A stretch of DNA of 64,000 bases. Source: Octopus sinensis (taxonomy: Eukaryota). The stretch is from NCBI RefSeq assembly GCF_006345805.1, contig NW_021836171.1, positions 1 to 64,000 of the forward strand, written 5' to 3'. The position numbers and the translations under genes are program-made. Positions within the stretch are counted from its first letter, which is position 1. Each line of letters opens with the position of its first letter. Below are positions 40,642-55,495 of the stretch, in pieces. The notes beneath the pieces were generated by a model. It was not told the DNA's origin and searched no databases. It saw only the letters and a list, made by a program, of their open reading frames with translations.

Positions 40642-41243
40642 CAAAGGTGACAAGCTGGCAGAAATTTGAGCACGCCGGGCGAAATGCATAGCGGTATTTC
40701 TGTGTTCAAATTCCACCGAGGTCGACTTTGTCTTTGATCATTTCGGGATCGATTAAATACGTACAAGTTATGCAGTGAGGTCGATATAATCGACTTAATC
40801 CGTTTTTCTGCCCTTGTTTGTTCCCTCTGTGTTTAGTGCTTTGTGGATAGTAAAGAAATAAGGATTTCGTCTGCCGCTACGTTCTGGGTACAAATTCCAC
40901 CAAGGTCGACTTTGTCTTTGATCCTTTCGGGATCGATTAAATAAGTACCAGTTATGCAGTGAGGTCGATATAATCGACTTAATCCGTTTGTCTGTCCTTG
41001 TTTGTCCCCTCTGTGTGTAGCCCCTTGTGGGCAGTAAAGAAATAAGAAACGTTAGCACACCGAGTGAAATGCATAGGAGTATTTCGTCTGCCTTTACGTT
41101 CTGAGTTCAAATTCCGCCGAGGTCGACTTTGCCTGTCATCCTTTCGGGGACGATATATTAAGTACCAGTTACGTACAGTAATCCATCTAACCACCTAACC
41201 CCTCCCCAAAGATTTCGGGCTCAGTGCCTAGGGTAGAAAAGAT
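40642..41243 (+). mobile_element. SINE family A, three tandem units
   Basis: Junctions after aaagaaata at 40860 and 41044. Confidence 0.85.
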
Positions 41244-41484
41244 TCTTTCGAGGTCGAAGAAATAAATGCTGGCCGCGATGTGAACGGCTTGTTACTTCAT
41301 CTCATAACAAATTGCTAGATTCGTGTCGAAATAAGACAGGATATTATCTAAAGTACTTCAAATATTACATTGAAGAATTACAATTTGAAGGAGGTTTGGC
41401 TGTTATAACGAGCAACTCTATCGATCTACAGGGGGTAGATACTTCGTTGTCACGTGCACGAGCTGTTGCTTGTGTCTACACTAA

Positions 41485-41705
41485 ATGACGATGAGGATAA
41501 TGATGAGGAGGAGGATGATGATGATGATGATGAGGAGGATGATGATGAGGAGGAGCAGGAGGATGATGATGAAGATGATGAAGATGAAGGTGATGATGAT
41601 GATGAAGAAGATGATGAATATGATGATGAGGATGAAGATGAAGATGATGATGATGATGAAGATGAAGATGATGATGATGATGATGATGGTGGCGGCGGCG
41701 GTAAT
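41485..41705. repeat. (GAT/GAG/GAA)n trinucleotide repeat
   Basis: Direct reading. Confidence 0.9.
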
Positions 41706-41830
41706 AAACCAAAATGAATAACAGGAAGAACAACCAACTGGAAATTCAATTGGCTGTGATTAAGCTATTATTTCACACTCAGTTATTGTCAGACATGTTA
41801 AGATTGAAGTTTCATCATAAACATGTATAA

Positions 41831-41870
<40 letters not shown>

Positions 41871-42390
41871 CCATCAAATTATCTCAATAAATCTCACGCT
41901 ATTATTCTCTTCGCGTGTTTCTATACACCATGTCTCACTCTCTATACACCATGTCTGCTGCGAATCTTTATGTCTGGCAGTTTAAATGTCTGTTCGTCCC
42001 ACTCTCTCAGTCACCCTGTTTATCGTTCATTCTTCAATTTTATATATCTACGTGATAAATTCATCTGCGACCAATATTTTTTCTCAGTGTATAACAATGA
42101 AACTTTATAAACATATCTATGTATGTATGTATGTATGTATCTATCTATCTATCTATCTATCTGACTTTCTCTACCTCTCTGTCTCACATTATATGTGTGT
42201 GTGTATATATATATTTATGTATATATACATAAACACGCACACTTACAGAGAGAGACACATATACACATAAAAATACATACATACACATACATACACTTAC
42301 AGAGATAGACACATATACACACACAAATGCATACATACACATACATACACTTACAGAGATAGACACATATACACACACAAATGCATACAT

Positions 42391-42421
<31 letters not shown>

Positions 42422-42517
42422 CGTATATATATTTCATTTAATTTTAGAAATAAACAATCTACATACACGTGTATGTTTATGCAAATACGCATCTAGTCAT
42501 GCCTATATATATATATA

Positions 42518-42805
42518 TCACCGTCACCGACCAGGCTATCAAATGCCGCTACACATCGCTGATCACAATGCGCTTCGCATTGTTTTAGCCATCAAATGAC
42601 GCCATCCCGATGGCTAAGCGAGCAGGCCAACAGAGAAAGTTGTGGCGAAAGAGTACAGCAGGGATCGCCACCACCCCCTGCCCTCGTGGAGCTTTAGGTG
42701 TTTTTTGCTCAATAAACACTCACAACGCTCGGTCTGGGAATCGAAACCGCAATCCTACGACCGCGAGTCCGCTGCCCTAACCACTGGGCCATTGCGCCTT
42801 CACAC
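42518..42805 (-). mobile_element. SINE family C head + tail iii
   Basis: Matches the 33706 copy. Confidence 0.85.
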
Positions 42806-43544
42806 ACACACACACAAATATATATATATATATATATATATATTACTTCTTTCGTTTTTTGAGTTTGTTTGCAAGATTCTTTATATGAATTCGTGTGTTG
42901 AAGCATATTCTGTTGTGTCTGGGAAGAGTCATTTTCTTTTTGTGCCTTATAATTTAACACTCTCTCCAGTGAAATTTCCAAAATTCTAAAATAAAAGGAA
43001 ACACTATGCGCAGCATTCGAACATTAATGTTTCCTACTTTTATTCTTTAATCGAGGTTTTATGTTCAATTAACTGTGTGAATTCATTAAGTATTATTCTA
43101 AACTGAAAGTTTTTAAATCTATCATATGTCTTTCTACACCATAACAACCTACTTCAGGACCGAGACCCGTAGTCGTTATGTTGTACAACCTATATATTTG
43201 GTAGTAGGAATGAAATTTTACTCCCAAAATTTATATCTCTAAAACGCCAGTGACCAGTTTTTTCGGTGAGATGTTCATATCATCATTCTATTCATTCAGG
43301 ATTCTGATGTCCCGAAAGAGAACCTCGTATTGTTAAACCCCTATTTTTGTGGGGAATTTTATGTAGAGGATATAAGTCCGTATATTATATGAGATTGGTG
43401 CCATTTATGTTATATATACACTTGTTATCTTACTTATGAATATATGAAGACTCACGTATCTGCAATCGATTTCGCATCCGTTATGCCTCGTAGAGATATT
43501 TGGGTGTTCTTTAAAAACATATTTTAATTTACATTCTACGTCAT

Positions 43545-43855
43545 GTCACACGTGACCGACCAGGTTATCAGATGTTGCTACACAACGCTGGTCACAATGC
43601 GCATCGCATTGTATTGGCCTTCAAATGACGCCACCCCCGCTGGCTAAGCGAGCAGGCCAACAGAAGAAAGCGTGAGAGAAAGTTGTGGCGAAAGAGTACA
43701 GCAGGGATTGCCACAACCACCCCACTGCCGGAGCCTTGTGGAGCTTTAGGTGTTTTTGCTCAATAAACACTCACAACGCCCGGTCTGGGAATCGAGACCG
43801 CGATCCTACGACCGGGAGTCCTCTGCTCTAACCACTGGGCCATCCCGCCTCCACA
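43545..43855 (-). mobile_element. SINE family C head + tail iii
   Basis: Matches the 33706 copy. Confidence 0.85.
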
Positions 43856-43901
43856 CAATCTACGTAGACACCAAAAATCAGCTTTCTTTATTTATATAAG
43901 A

Positions 43902-44301
43902 CTAGCAGTATCGCCCGGCGTTGCTCGGCTTTATAAGGGAAATAACTATATAAGCATTTTTAGAGATGTAAAGTATAATAGCCATCTCAATATGGCTAAC
44001 CACGAAAGGGTGTGAGTGTTACTGTAGCTTTTTACGTTCTGAGATTTAATAATAAATTTTTAGAGAGTTACTTCCCTTATATATGCTAAAAATGCATTAA
44101 AAATGGGAAAAATTGATGGTAATTTTTTTTTTTAAATCGTAGACTCATCGTAGACGTGCGTTAATACCCAGAAGGGCTCGATATGAATCACGACTATAAG
44201 TTACCCGGTTTTAGTTAAACTGCACCGCAAAATGTGGGAGTAGTTAGGAATCTAAATCGTAAGAGACAGACAGCACACAACATCACTTTTATATATAAAG
44301 A
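43902..44301 (-). mobile_element. 400-bp non-autonomous Helitron
   Basis: Minus strand 5' A|TCtttatatataaaag; 3' gccgagcaacgccgggcgatactgCTAG|T; no TSD. Confidence 0.8.
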
Positions 44302-44594
44302 TTTGGAATTAAAGTTTCTCATTACACTTACGTGATATATTCACAGTCATACAGCATCCTCGTTGCAGTCTGATTTTTTAAAAAAGTGGATAAAATTGTA
44401 TCACGAACAGAAGAGTTACAACATGTTTTCTGTAGTGTGCGGCATTCTCAATTTTGCGCAATGATTAAAATTTATGCTCATTGTTTAATATAAATGAAAT
44501 GATTATTCTTATACTCACATTGGCATTCCGTCACTTTCTTACATAAGTGTTGCAGTTATACATACGTACTGATACACAGACCCACAAAGGATCA

Positions 44595-45130
44595 TATATA
44601 TATATATATGTGTATATATATATATATATATGCATTATATATATATGCATATATATATATATATATATGCATATATATATATATATGATATATATATATA
44701 TATATATATATGCATATATATATATATGCATATATATATATATATATGCATATATATATATATATATGCATATATATATATATATATGCATATATATATA
44801 TATATATGCATATATATATATATATATATGCATATTATATATATGCATATATATAAATGAATATATATATATATATATTATATATATATATATATATATG
44901 ATATATATATATATATATATATGAATATATATATATATGCATATATATATATATATGCATATATATATATGAATATATATATGCATATATATATATATGA
45001 ATATATATATGTGTATATAAACATGCACATATATGCACATATATATATATATATATGTCTGCCTGCGTGTGTAATTATATTCATGTTTGTATATTACATG
45101 TATAAACATGCGCATTAATATATATATATA
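44595..45130. repeat. (TA)n microsatellite with periodic GCA interruptions
   Basis: Direct reading. Confidence 0.95.
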
Positions 45131-45403
45131 TTTCATACACACAATTGCCCTATCACACTGACATACAACTGGAGTCAACAAACTGCAGTCTATCGACAAT
45201 ATTCTGATCGCAAAACCCTCGTCCATGGTCTGTGTTCGTGCAGCAGGATTGAACGTGAAATCACGTGTACTTCTTATTTAACAGCTCAGCAATAAACATT
45301 CATACATAATTCATGCATAAGCTGTATGCAGATTTCAGACGCTTATAGAGAATTACACAACATTGCACACACAAACAGACACATATTTTATATATATATA
45401 TAG

Positions 45404-45438
<35 letters not shown>

Positions 45439-45466
45439 AATGAGGGTGAGAAATCGATATTAATTT

Positions 45467-45499
<33 letters not shown>

Positions 45500-45544
45500 C
45501 GCATTTACATTCATACATGCGTACATGATTACACAGACACACAA

Positions 45545-45593
<49 letters not shown>

Positions 45594-46263
45594 CGTACAT
45601 GCTTACACAGACACACAAACATATACATACACACTTATATATGTATATATATTAATGTATAAAACTTCTAGAAATTTCTAAATTTTTGTTTCGTACGAAT
45701 AGCTGAAGCTCATTACCACGACTACCTCCACTACAGCAGTGATATGAACACGTAAACGAACAGAATTAATAAATCAATAGCTAAGGGAAAGATGATTTAT
45801 ACGACTGTCGAGACAAACAACCTAAAGTAAGAGATGTAACCAGAAGATAACAACTATTACAACAACAACAACAGCAACAATAACAACAACACCAAGAAGA
45901 ACAACAACTACAACAACAGCAAACAACTACAAAACTAAACTGCATAGAAATACACTCAGTAGATGAAGTGGAGTAAAGAGAATAACAAAATTACACGAAA
46001 ACAATTCGTTGCTTAATGGATTCTGCAGCAGACATGCCTAGAACTAGAGAATTCTTAATTTCTTTTTAAAATCTCAACTCTTATCATTCCCTCTCTCTCT
46101 TTTTTTTTCTCCTTTTCCTCCCTAATTCAATACTACTAACTCTCTCTCTTTCTCATTTCATTTTCTATTTTTCTTTCTCACTGCTTCTCAATCTCTCTTG
46201 TTCTCTCTTTTCCACTAACTCTCCTCTCAAAATATTCGAAAGTTACTACTACTATTACTACTC

Positions 46264-46296
<33 letters not shown>

Positions 46297-46424
46297 CATT
46301 ATTATTACTATTATTATTATTATTACTATTACTACTAGATTTTTGCCGTTTGTTTTTCTATTACTTTCTTTAATTCATTATTCACCTCGTGCTTCTTCGT
46401 CGCCTTATATCTGTGGAGAGTATA

Positions 46425-46497
<73 letters not shown>

Positions 46498-46563
46498 GGT
46501 GTGTGTATGTGTGTGCCTGTATGTATGTTGTGTGTATATCTATATGTATAATTATATGTACAG

Positions 46564-46613
<50 letters not shown>

Positions 46614-46978
46614 GAACACTCACACGTGTATATATCATATGCATTTTATGTGCAACTGTATGCATACACAGACATATGTGCACATATATTTCTCTTCTTA
46701 TTCTGTGTACGCATACATATTCACGCAAGCACACACACACACACACACACACGTATATATATATATATATATATTTATATATACACGTTTTTATAGATAT
46801 AGATGTAAATATAAATTCCTCCGGGTAAAAATCAAAAAACGGAACTACAAAGTTATATTTCTTTCACGCTGGAAGGAAAGAATTTTCGAATGTTCTAGGT
46901 TTCGGACTGTGGTTCGTTTACATGAAGAAAAATATGTTAAAAACTGAATCCAATATATAAATACATACATATATATAA

Positions 46979-47026
<48 letters not shown>

Positions 47027-47795
47027 GATATAATAACACAAAACCATGCAAATATCGGGGCTATACATGCAGCTTTCCGGAGAAGATTTAAGAATTTGTT
47101 AATTCGTGGGTGTACCATAAACTTTTATTTACAACATGACGAGCAGAAGACTGATAAATCATTTTACTATTGAGAAACGGAAATTAGTGAGAAATAACTG
47201 GGAAATTTTCTTGTTTATATGATTCCATGTTAGTATAGACAACTACGTTTTAGTTATAAAACACGCTTTTATACTTCTTTAAACATAGCGTTGCATTTCA
47301 CTCAATAGTTCCATAAATCGCTGAAGGATTGAAAAACACTTTAGTGTATTATAAACGAAATGGCACATTTCCGGATTTTCAGTCAAATATAAATGCATTC
47401 AATGAAAACAAATACAGCCATCTTTCGCCAAGACAGTTATGGGGCCACACCATATATAAAAAACAATAAACACCACACTGCACAAGTATATGACTCGCTC
47501 ACGACTTACATGCGTGTGCGTAGGTTTGTATTCATACATACATTATATATATATATTTGTCTGTTTTGCTAGAAAGAGGTAGAAACTGATATCAGTCCGC
47601 GATGTAAAGTTATCGGTAAATGTTTTTGATTTTCACTCTCGATAAATTTACCCCTTTTTCGTGTCCCTAGCACTTGGCATCCGTATTTAGGAGCCCTTAA
47701 TTATATTTCTACATGAATAATATTTTGTCTAATGACTAATTCGTCTTTTGTGCTGGGCCACTGGTAGTAATCCTATTACCCTTTTGTTTATATTC

Positions 47796-47829
<34 letters not shown>

Positions 47830-48054
47830 TGGTTGTATACTGTCAACTTAATGTGACAGTCCCGTAAGGGAATTACACCACCGCTGTTTAGCCCTAAGTT
47901 GAGTGTATTCAACCAATCTATCACTACATCACCGTACATATCTCTGAGATATTTAGAAATTTAATATTTCTTATATATATATATATATATATATACAGAG
48001 AGAGAGAGACAGACAGACAGAGATGCATGTTTAGATAAATATGTGCGTGTATTA

Positions 48055-48240
48055 GATCGTTCCTCCTACACTCCTTGTTTCTCTCCTTGTTTTTTTTCTG
48101 TGTATTTTTCTGTCCAAGAGCGTAGGCTCGAAACGTAAAAGACTTTTTCTATTTCTATTCCTGAGCGCTATACTAATACATTTGTTTTTATGTACTCCAC
48201 CTGCCTTCATCTTTTGTTTATTTTCGTAAACTTGCCCGTC
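48055..48240 (+). mobile_element. Short repeat with hammerhead-like fold (CUGUAGA family), core degenerate here
   Basis: ctgtcca a GAGC GTAG GCTC GAAAC GTA aaagac at 48110-48143; homologous to the 51474 and 62300 copies. Confidence 0.65.
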
Positions 48241-48303
48241 ATTTGAGGGAATATTATTCCTAACTTACAGGGAAAATGTAGAAATACTAAGTCAAATTTC
48301 ACA

Positions 48304-48342
<39 letters not shown>

Positions 48343-48353
48343 TAGAAAAAAAC

Positions 48354-48620
48354 CCACCTTTTATCAATTCAAAATGAACAATTAGATTACGCAATCTAGA
48401 AAATTACATATAATAGAAATATTAAAATTAAAATAAGAATAATATACTGATGATTAAGTAAATTGCAAAAATATAATAAAAACGTATATATTTTTTATTA
48501 TTATTTTGCAATTTACTTAATCATTGGTATATTATTCTTATTTTAATTATAATATTTCTATTATATATAATTTTCTAGATTGTGTAATTTAATTGTTCAT
48601 TTTGAATTGATAAAAGGTGG
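48354..48620. repeat. AT-rich near-perfect palindrome, ~130-bp arms; foldback/MITE-like
   Basis: ccaccttttatcaattcaaaatgaacaatt... mirrored by ...aattgttcattttgaattgataaaaggtgg; loop of a few nt near 48483-48489; (TA)n flanks. Confidence 0.9.
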
Positions 48621-48899
48621 TTTTCTTCCTTTATATATATATATGCTTGTACGGAGATAGTTTTCCTTATAAGACCACAGTAATACTAGAGCATCGTCTT
48701 TAATGCGATATGCATTATATTTGTCCCAGAGAAGAGAGCAATTACATACAAAAAATATCATTCCCAGAGGCGGGAGAGTCCCTATGTAACTGAGAATTTA
48801 AGATCTTCAATCGCTTAAGTAAACAACTTAAGGACAGCGTGAAATCCCTGTCTCAAGGAGACATTTTTAGATATCAAAAATAAAGTTAGACCTTCCCAT

Positions 48900-50730
48900 G
48901 AAAAGAAAAATATAAGAATAAATCCTAAAGCCTTCTACATGTTAGCGAAAGAGTCTGTCTTGGTGCACCACAAGATAATGCCACTGTCTAAAGATGACGA
49001 TTCGCTAACTGTAAACCCCAAGATGATCAGTGCAGCGTTAAATAAACAATTCCAGGATGTCTTCATTTCTCCACTGCGAAGCATGTAAACAAGCGAACCT
49101 AATGAGTTCTCAATACTGCAGATATACAAAGGGAAAAAGGCAACCATCGATTACATCGATGTAAAAGTGGAAGATGTAATATAGGCCATTAATAAGATGA
49201 GCTCACATTTAGCAACGCACCCAGATGGATTTCTAACGGTTCTTTTAAAAACATACAAGAAAGCTCTTGCAAAACCACTGCAGATACTTTCTCAGAGTTT
49301 CATTGCATGTAGAAAACTTCGCAATCTATCGTAAGATGGTATCATATGCACTGTCCTTATAACAGGAAGCAGAACAAGTGCTAAAAGCTGCAGTCCTATC
49401 TCTGTAGTTTCACATGCCAGTAAGGTCATGGAATGCTTTTTTAGAAGGAGACTGATCACGTTTCTAAAAGAGGATAACTTGCCCATCCACACACACACAA
49501 CAGTTTTTCGACTGGATACTGAAACAGCAGGTCAACCACTCAAATGTGGATGAGATATTTCTCGACTTTACTAAGCCTTTGATAAAGTTAACCATGGGAT
49601 GATATGCCGTACAGTGAGCTACTCTCATCAGCTAAGCTGATGATGCAGAGATATCACAAGGTGTAAATGACCCTGCTGGTATATTAAAACTGTAAAATGA
49701 CCTGCATGCAATATGCAAATGTGCTGATGAATATAACATGCAATTCGATGCTGGTAAGTTACTAGCCTTTCACTATCGGCCGATAAGCAAAACTACAAAC
49801 GGAATATATAGGACCATAGTGCAACCTCAGGGTTTGAATCGGAGCGTGATCTTGTAATTCACAGGAGTAATGATGCAACATTCCGTATGCATAATATCAA
49901 AATGGCAACACTGTACAGTCGAGAAGCTGAATGGATTTTTACATCATTCAGAATCAGAAATAAGAATACCTTGCTACTTCTGAGGAGGGCACTTGTCCTC
50001 AATATTCTGGATTACTGCTCCCGATTGTGGTTGCCGCAGAGCGTGAAAATGGTTTGGGGACTTGAAGTAATCCAATGCCATGAAACACAGAAGTTTGTCT
50101 CGGTGAAACAGATGAGCAACAGGGAGAGGCTACAACAACTGAAGCTCTACTCATTGGAGAAACGGCCGGAAATATATACAGTGACATACATATGGAAGAT
50201 ACTGGAAGGACTAGCTCCAAAATTTGGAATTAATTGCTATACCAACCACCGAACTGAGCGACACTGCATAATACCTATTTCTTTATTACCCACAATGGGT
50301 TAAACATAGAGGGGACAAACAAAGGCAGACATAGGTATTAAGTCAATTACATCGACCCCAGTGCGTAACTGGTGCTTATTTTATCGACACCGAAATGATA
50401 AAAGGCAAAGGCGACCCCGGTTGAATTTGAACTCCCAACGTAACGGCAGACAAAATACCGCTAAGGATTTCGCCCGGCGTGCTAACGCTTCTGCCAGCTT
50501 GCATAATACCACGACCTTCTCTTTTTCATTTCGGATAAGGACACACTACTACAACAGATTTGTTTTCAGGGTACCATAACTGTTTAACACACTGCCAGAG
50601 AATTGCAAGGTGGTAATGTGGAAACCTTAAGAAAGCACCAGGACAAGTATCTGTCTGTAATCTCGGCTGAACCCTCATCCTAGCAGGTGGCACAAAAAGA
50701 GTAGCTCCATCTAGCTCATTTCTTCACCAA
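48900..50730 (+). mobile_element. Decayed CR1/L2-type LINE, RT region to 3' end, with internal deletions
   Basis: Frame-broken motifs NPKAFY, PDGF, PISVVSHASKVME, IFLDFTK.FDKVNHG, ADDA, LDYCSRLW, RERLQQLKLYSLEKR, LFNTLP. Confidence 0.85.
50276..50499 (-). mobile_element. SINE family A inserted into the CR1 remnant, 11-bp TSD
   Basis: tgcataatacc at 50265-50275 and 50500-50510; splits the CR1 codons for HCIIP. Confidence 0.92.
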
Positions 50731-50823
50731 AAACAGTGCAGAGAGTACACCCTAACCACACTGCAATTCGGCCCCAGCCTTTGGCAGAAACAAGGTGGAC
50801 ATTATACATATATATATATGTGC

Positions 50824-50857
<34 letters not shown>

Positions 50858-51473
50858 ATGTGTAATGTGTGTGTGTGTGTTTTCAAGGAAAACAGATAAT
50901 AGAGAAAAATTTGATGAACAACAATTGATTTATACCAACCATCATTTATTAATTAATTAGAGAAAGACAGAATCTCAATGTACAGAAGTTTCGGTTAGCA
51001 CGATTCACAGACTTAACCATCAAAATAAGATTAATGGTTATCAGTGTAAGTAATTAATTCTACCAATTTGAATTATCGTGGAACTTCATCAGAGCGGAAA
51101 AGTTAATAAAAATATTAGTCAAAGTAGAAAGTGAGAAAACAGTGATAATCAATTCATACAACATTCTCTCCCCATTGGGAAACTTTCGACCGACTAGAAA
51201 GAGAATTTGGGTAGTTATATTAAGTGGCACATTCGTAAATACGGGAGTAATGCATGAGATTCTGTCATTTTGTAATTAATTAATAAATGATGATTGGTGT
51301 AAATCAATTGTTATTCATCAATTTTACCTCCATTTTCTGTTTTCCTTTATACAACCAGCCCTCTTTCATACGCACATATATACTCTCTTATACGCACCTT
51401 TGTGCTGGGGGTCATCTTTACCTTGTTATCTCCCCGACTTTCCTCCTCGTGTTTGACCCCTCTGTCCGGCACT

Positions 51474-51650
51474 AGTCGTTAGCCACTACACACATTCTTT
51501 TCTCCCCGTGTTTCTCTTGTTTTTTTCTGTGTCCCTTTCTGTAGAAGAGCGTAGGCTCGAAACGTAAAGGACTTTTTCTATCCCTGAGCGTTATACTAAT
51601 ACATCTGTTTGTTTTGTACACCACCTGTCTTCGTCTTTTTACATAAACTC
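51474..51650 (+). mobile_element. Short repeat, CUGUAGA hammerhead-like family
   Basis: Homologous to the 48055 and 62300 copies. Confidence 0.7.
51531..51572 (+). ncRNA. Minimal hammerhead-like motif, A6U variant
   Basis: gtcccttt CTGTAGA A GAGC GTAG GCTC GAAAC GTA aaggac. Confidence 0.45.
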
Positions 51651-51776
51651 TCTACATATATATATAATATATATATATATATAATATATATATATATATA
51701 TACACCATATATATATATATACACACACACATATATATATATATACACACACACATATATATATATATACACACAC

Positions 51777-51808
<32 letters not shown>

Positions 51809-51831
51809 CATATATATATATATACACACAC

Positions 51832-51890
<59 letters not shown>

Positions 51891-51905
51891 TATATATATA
51901 TATAT

Positions 51906-51937
<32 letters not shown>

Positions 51938-51939
<2 letters not shown>

Positions 51940-52240
51940 GGCCCATTGGTTAGGGCAGCTGACTCGCGGTCGTAGGATCGCGTCGTAGGATCGATTCCCA
52001 GACTGGGCGTTGTGAGTGTTTATTCAGCGAAAACACCTAAAAGCTCCACGAAGGTCCGACAGGGGGTCGTGATCCCTGCTGTACTCTTTCACCACTCTTT
52101 CTCCCACTCTTTCTTCTGCTGGCCTGCTCGCTTAGCCAGCGGGGTGGCGTCATTTGAAGGCTAAAACAATGCGAACGCATTGTGACCAGCGATGTGTAAC
52201 AACATCTGATGGTCTGGTCGGTCACGTGATCACGTGATAT
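51938..52240 (+). mobile_element. SINE family C head + tail iii
   Basis: Matches the 33706 copy on the opposite strand. Confidence 0.85.
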
Positions 52241-53469
52241 ATATATATACATACACATACTCATTCATGCATATATACATACATGCATGCATTTGTACAT
52301 GCAAGCACACATACTTACCTGCATACATATATATGCATGCGTGCACAGATGGGTAGATAGAGTTATCGATTGATTACTATATTGTGGTAAATACATATTA
52401 ACAAGATGAACATAAATATCCAAAGTGCTAATAAATGAAACCAAGTTTCATCATAGTTTTTGAAGAGTAATTCGTTCTCATTGAATAATATCATCTATCT
52501 CTCTCTCTCTCTCCTGATCTGGTAGAGTTAGCAACCACATCTCCATCGTATAACACCTGGACTACTTACAAACCGATTAGATGTTGCTATTTCGGTAATG
52601 TGTATGTAAATTAATAGGAAAATTCGGCGGAACGGTCGTATCTTAAATGGATTTTATTAATGAGTTTGATGTTTTAGAGCTGACTAGAAACGAAACGAAC
52701 TTAAGAATTCCCACCACCAATAGCACCACCACAGCTGTAACCATAATAGCAAACGTTAGTAGATTCAGTTTATTTACTCTACTACATGTTAGTGACGCCG
52801 GGGAAAACGAACAACGGTTCAAAGCGAACTGCTTTCCTATGATATACGTCACACGCCACTGTAAACCTCAGACATACTCCTGTCAAACTATTAACAAATA
52901 ATAATTTAAAACGTGAAGCACACATGTCATACACGTGTAGAATATAATCACTGCTGAGTCTACCATTAGAAGTCTACAACTGTCAGGTCAAATTTGAAAT
53001 TCCGACAGTCAGAATGAAGTAAGTTTTTCTTTCTTTATTTTTTTTTTCTACTATTCAGAAGTAGCGAAGTATCTTTGGATTGGCCTTAAGATATTTATTC
53101 AATGGTAACGGAATTTACCAGAGATATTTATGGGAAGGAAATTACATTTTTCTTGCTGGAGAACATAGATGGAACAAAATAATAATAATAATAATAATGA
53201 TAAAAATAATAATAATATTAGTAGTAATACTAGTTGAGAAAGAAGACGAGAAAAGAAAGCTATTGTAGTAATTGCTTCTTTAGATAAGATGAGAAACTTT
53301 GTGGAAAGAATTCCGTAATGGTCTTGCATAAAGTTCTTACAATCAAGACAATAAATGCATAATGCCTCATAGCGTCCCAAAACAATTTCCCGTCCTTCAC
53401 TTTTCATAAGGTTAACTATTTCAATATAAGTATATGAACGCACACGCGCGCACATACACACGTAACATA

Positions 53470-53487
53470 CATTCGTACACACATATG

Positions 53488-53535
<48 letters not shown>

Positions 53536-54285
53536 TATATAAATATATACATATACATATATAAATACAAATATATATACATATACATATACAAATACAT
53601 ATATATATACATATACATATATAAATACATATATATATACATATACATATATAAATACATATATATATACATATACATATATAAATACATATATATATAC
53701 ATATACATATATATATAAATACATATATATACATATATATATAAATACGTATATATATACATATACATACATACATATATATGTACATACATATACATAT
53801 ATATGTACATGCATATACATATATATAAATACATACATATACATATATATGTACATACATATACATATATATAAATACATACATATACATACATATACAT
53901 ATATAAATACATACATATACATACATATACATATATAAATACATACATATACATACATATACATATATAAATACATACATATATATATATAAATACATAC
54001 ATATATATATATATATAAATACATACATATATATATATATAAATACATGCATATACATATATATATAAATACATGCATATACATATATATATAAATACAT
54101 GCATATACATATATATATATACATATATATACATATATATATATACATATATATACATATATATATACATATATATGTACATATATATACATATATATAC
54201 ATATGTATATACACACACACATATACATATATACACACATATACACACATATATATATACACGTATATATCCATATATACATCCG
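53470..54285. repeat. (TA)n/(TACA)n compound microsatellite
   Basis: Direct reading. Confidence 0.95.
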
Positions 54286-54483
54286 CATTATATGCCATTC
54301 AGGAATCTGAAGAGGAAGGGCTATCATATTCGACGACATTTTCGTTCTGACTAGCAGATATACCTGCGGCAAATATTGTGTGTGTGTGTGTGGTGTGTGT
54401 GTGTGTTGTGTGTGTGCTATACATACGTATGGAAATAGAACATCCAATATACGTACAATTCTCACCACTCATGCACACACGCC

Positions 54484-54553
<70 letters not shown>

Positions 54554-54994
54554 CATCACATAATTAGAACGGACATTGAAGGGAGAAAGGAGAGAGAGAG
54601 CCAGGAAAAATAAAAAAGAAGTAACGACTACACAATACAGACCCGAAGTCGGAAAATTATTGAATATGGCGATGGTATACTGAATATTATATCAGCGACT
54701 GGAGAGCGAACTAAGGTGAGATAATTACGCAACATATACAAGCGAGCAATTAAGGAGACTGCTCTTAGTTGTCGTACAGCGGACGTTTTTGCTAACTTCG
54801 TGCTATTTCAATTGTCAACCACACAATGTCTAATAAATTGTCACGTTCTTTGTGAATAATTTCAATGATTCCATTAGTTAACAGGCTTAGTCGTGTAATT
54901 TCTCGTAGTATTTTTGCCACTATACACACACAGATAATCACATTAGCCCTAAGTAGGGTGTGCACACACGTGAGTGTGCGAAAATACACACAAA

Positions 54995-55037
<43 letters not shown>

Positions 55038-55124
55038 AACTTATATTACGTGGTCTTTGTGTATGTATGTGTGCGTGTGTGTGTGTTAAAACTATGAAAA
55101 CTATGATGAATACTGCGTGTATTT

Positions 55125-55131
55125 TATATTG

Positions 55132-55179
<48 letters not shown>

Positions 55180-55276
55180 ATGTGTATGTATATATATATA
55201 TCGTATGTATATATGTATGTATATATATATATATGTATATATGTATATATATATATATATATATGTATATGTATGT

Positions 55277-55307
<31 letters not shown>

Positions 55308-55495
55308 TGTATATATGTATATATATATGTATGTATATAATATATGTATATTTATATATAATATATATATGTATATATATATATATGTTATATATATTAT
55401 ATATATATGTATATATATATATATATATATATGTATATTTATATATTATAATATAAATATATATATATACACGTCCATGTATATAAACTTATAAT
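55125..55495. repeat. (TA)n/(TATG)n microsatellite
   Basis: Direct reading. Confidence 0.95.

Noticed and set aside
41450-41749. Acidic or poly-Ser/His ORFs
   Set aside because: Trinucleotide repeat with no splice or homology support
53416-54468. 350-aa ORF, longest in the track
   Set aside because: (TA)/(TACA) microsatellite translation
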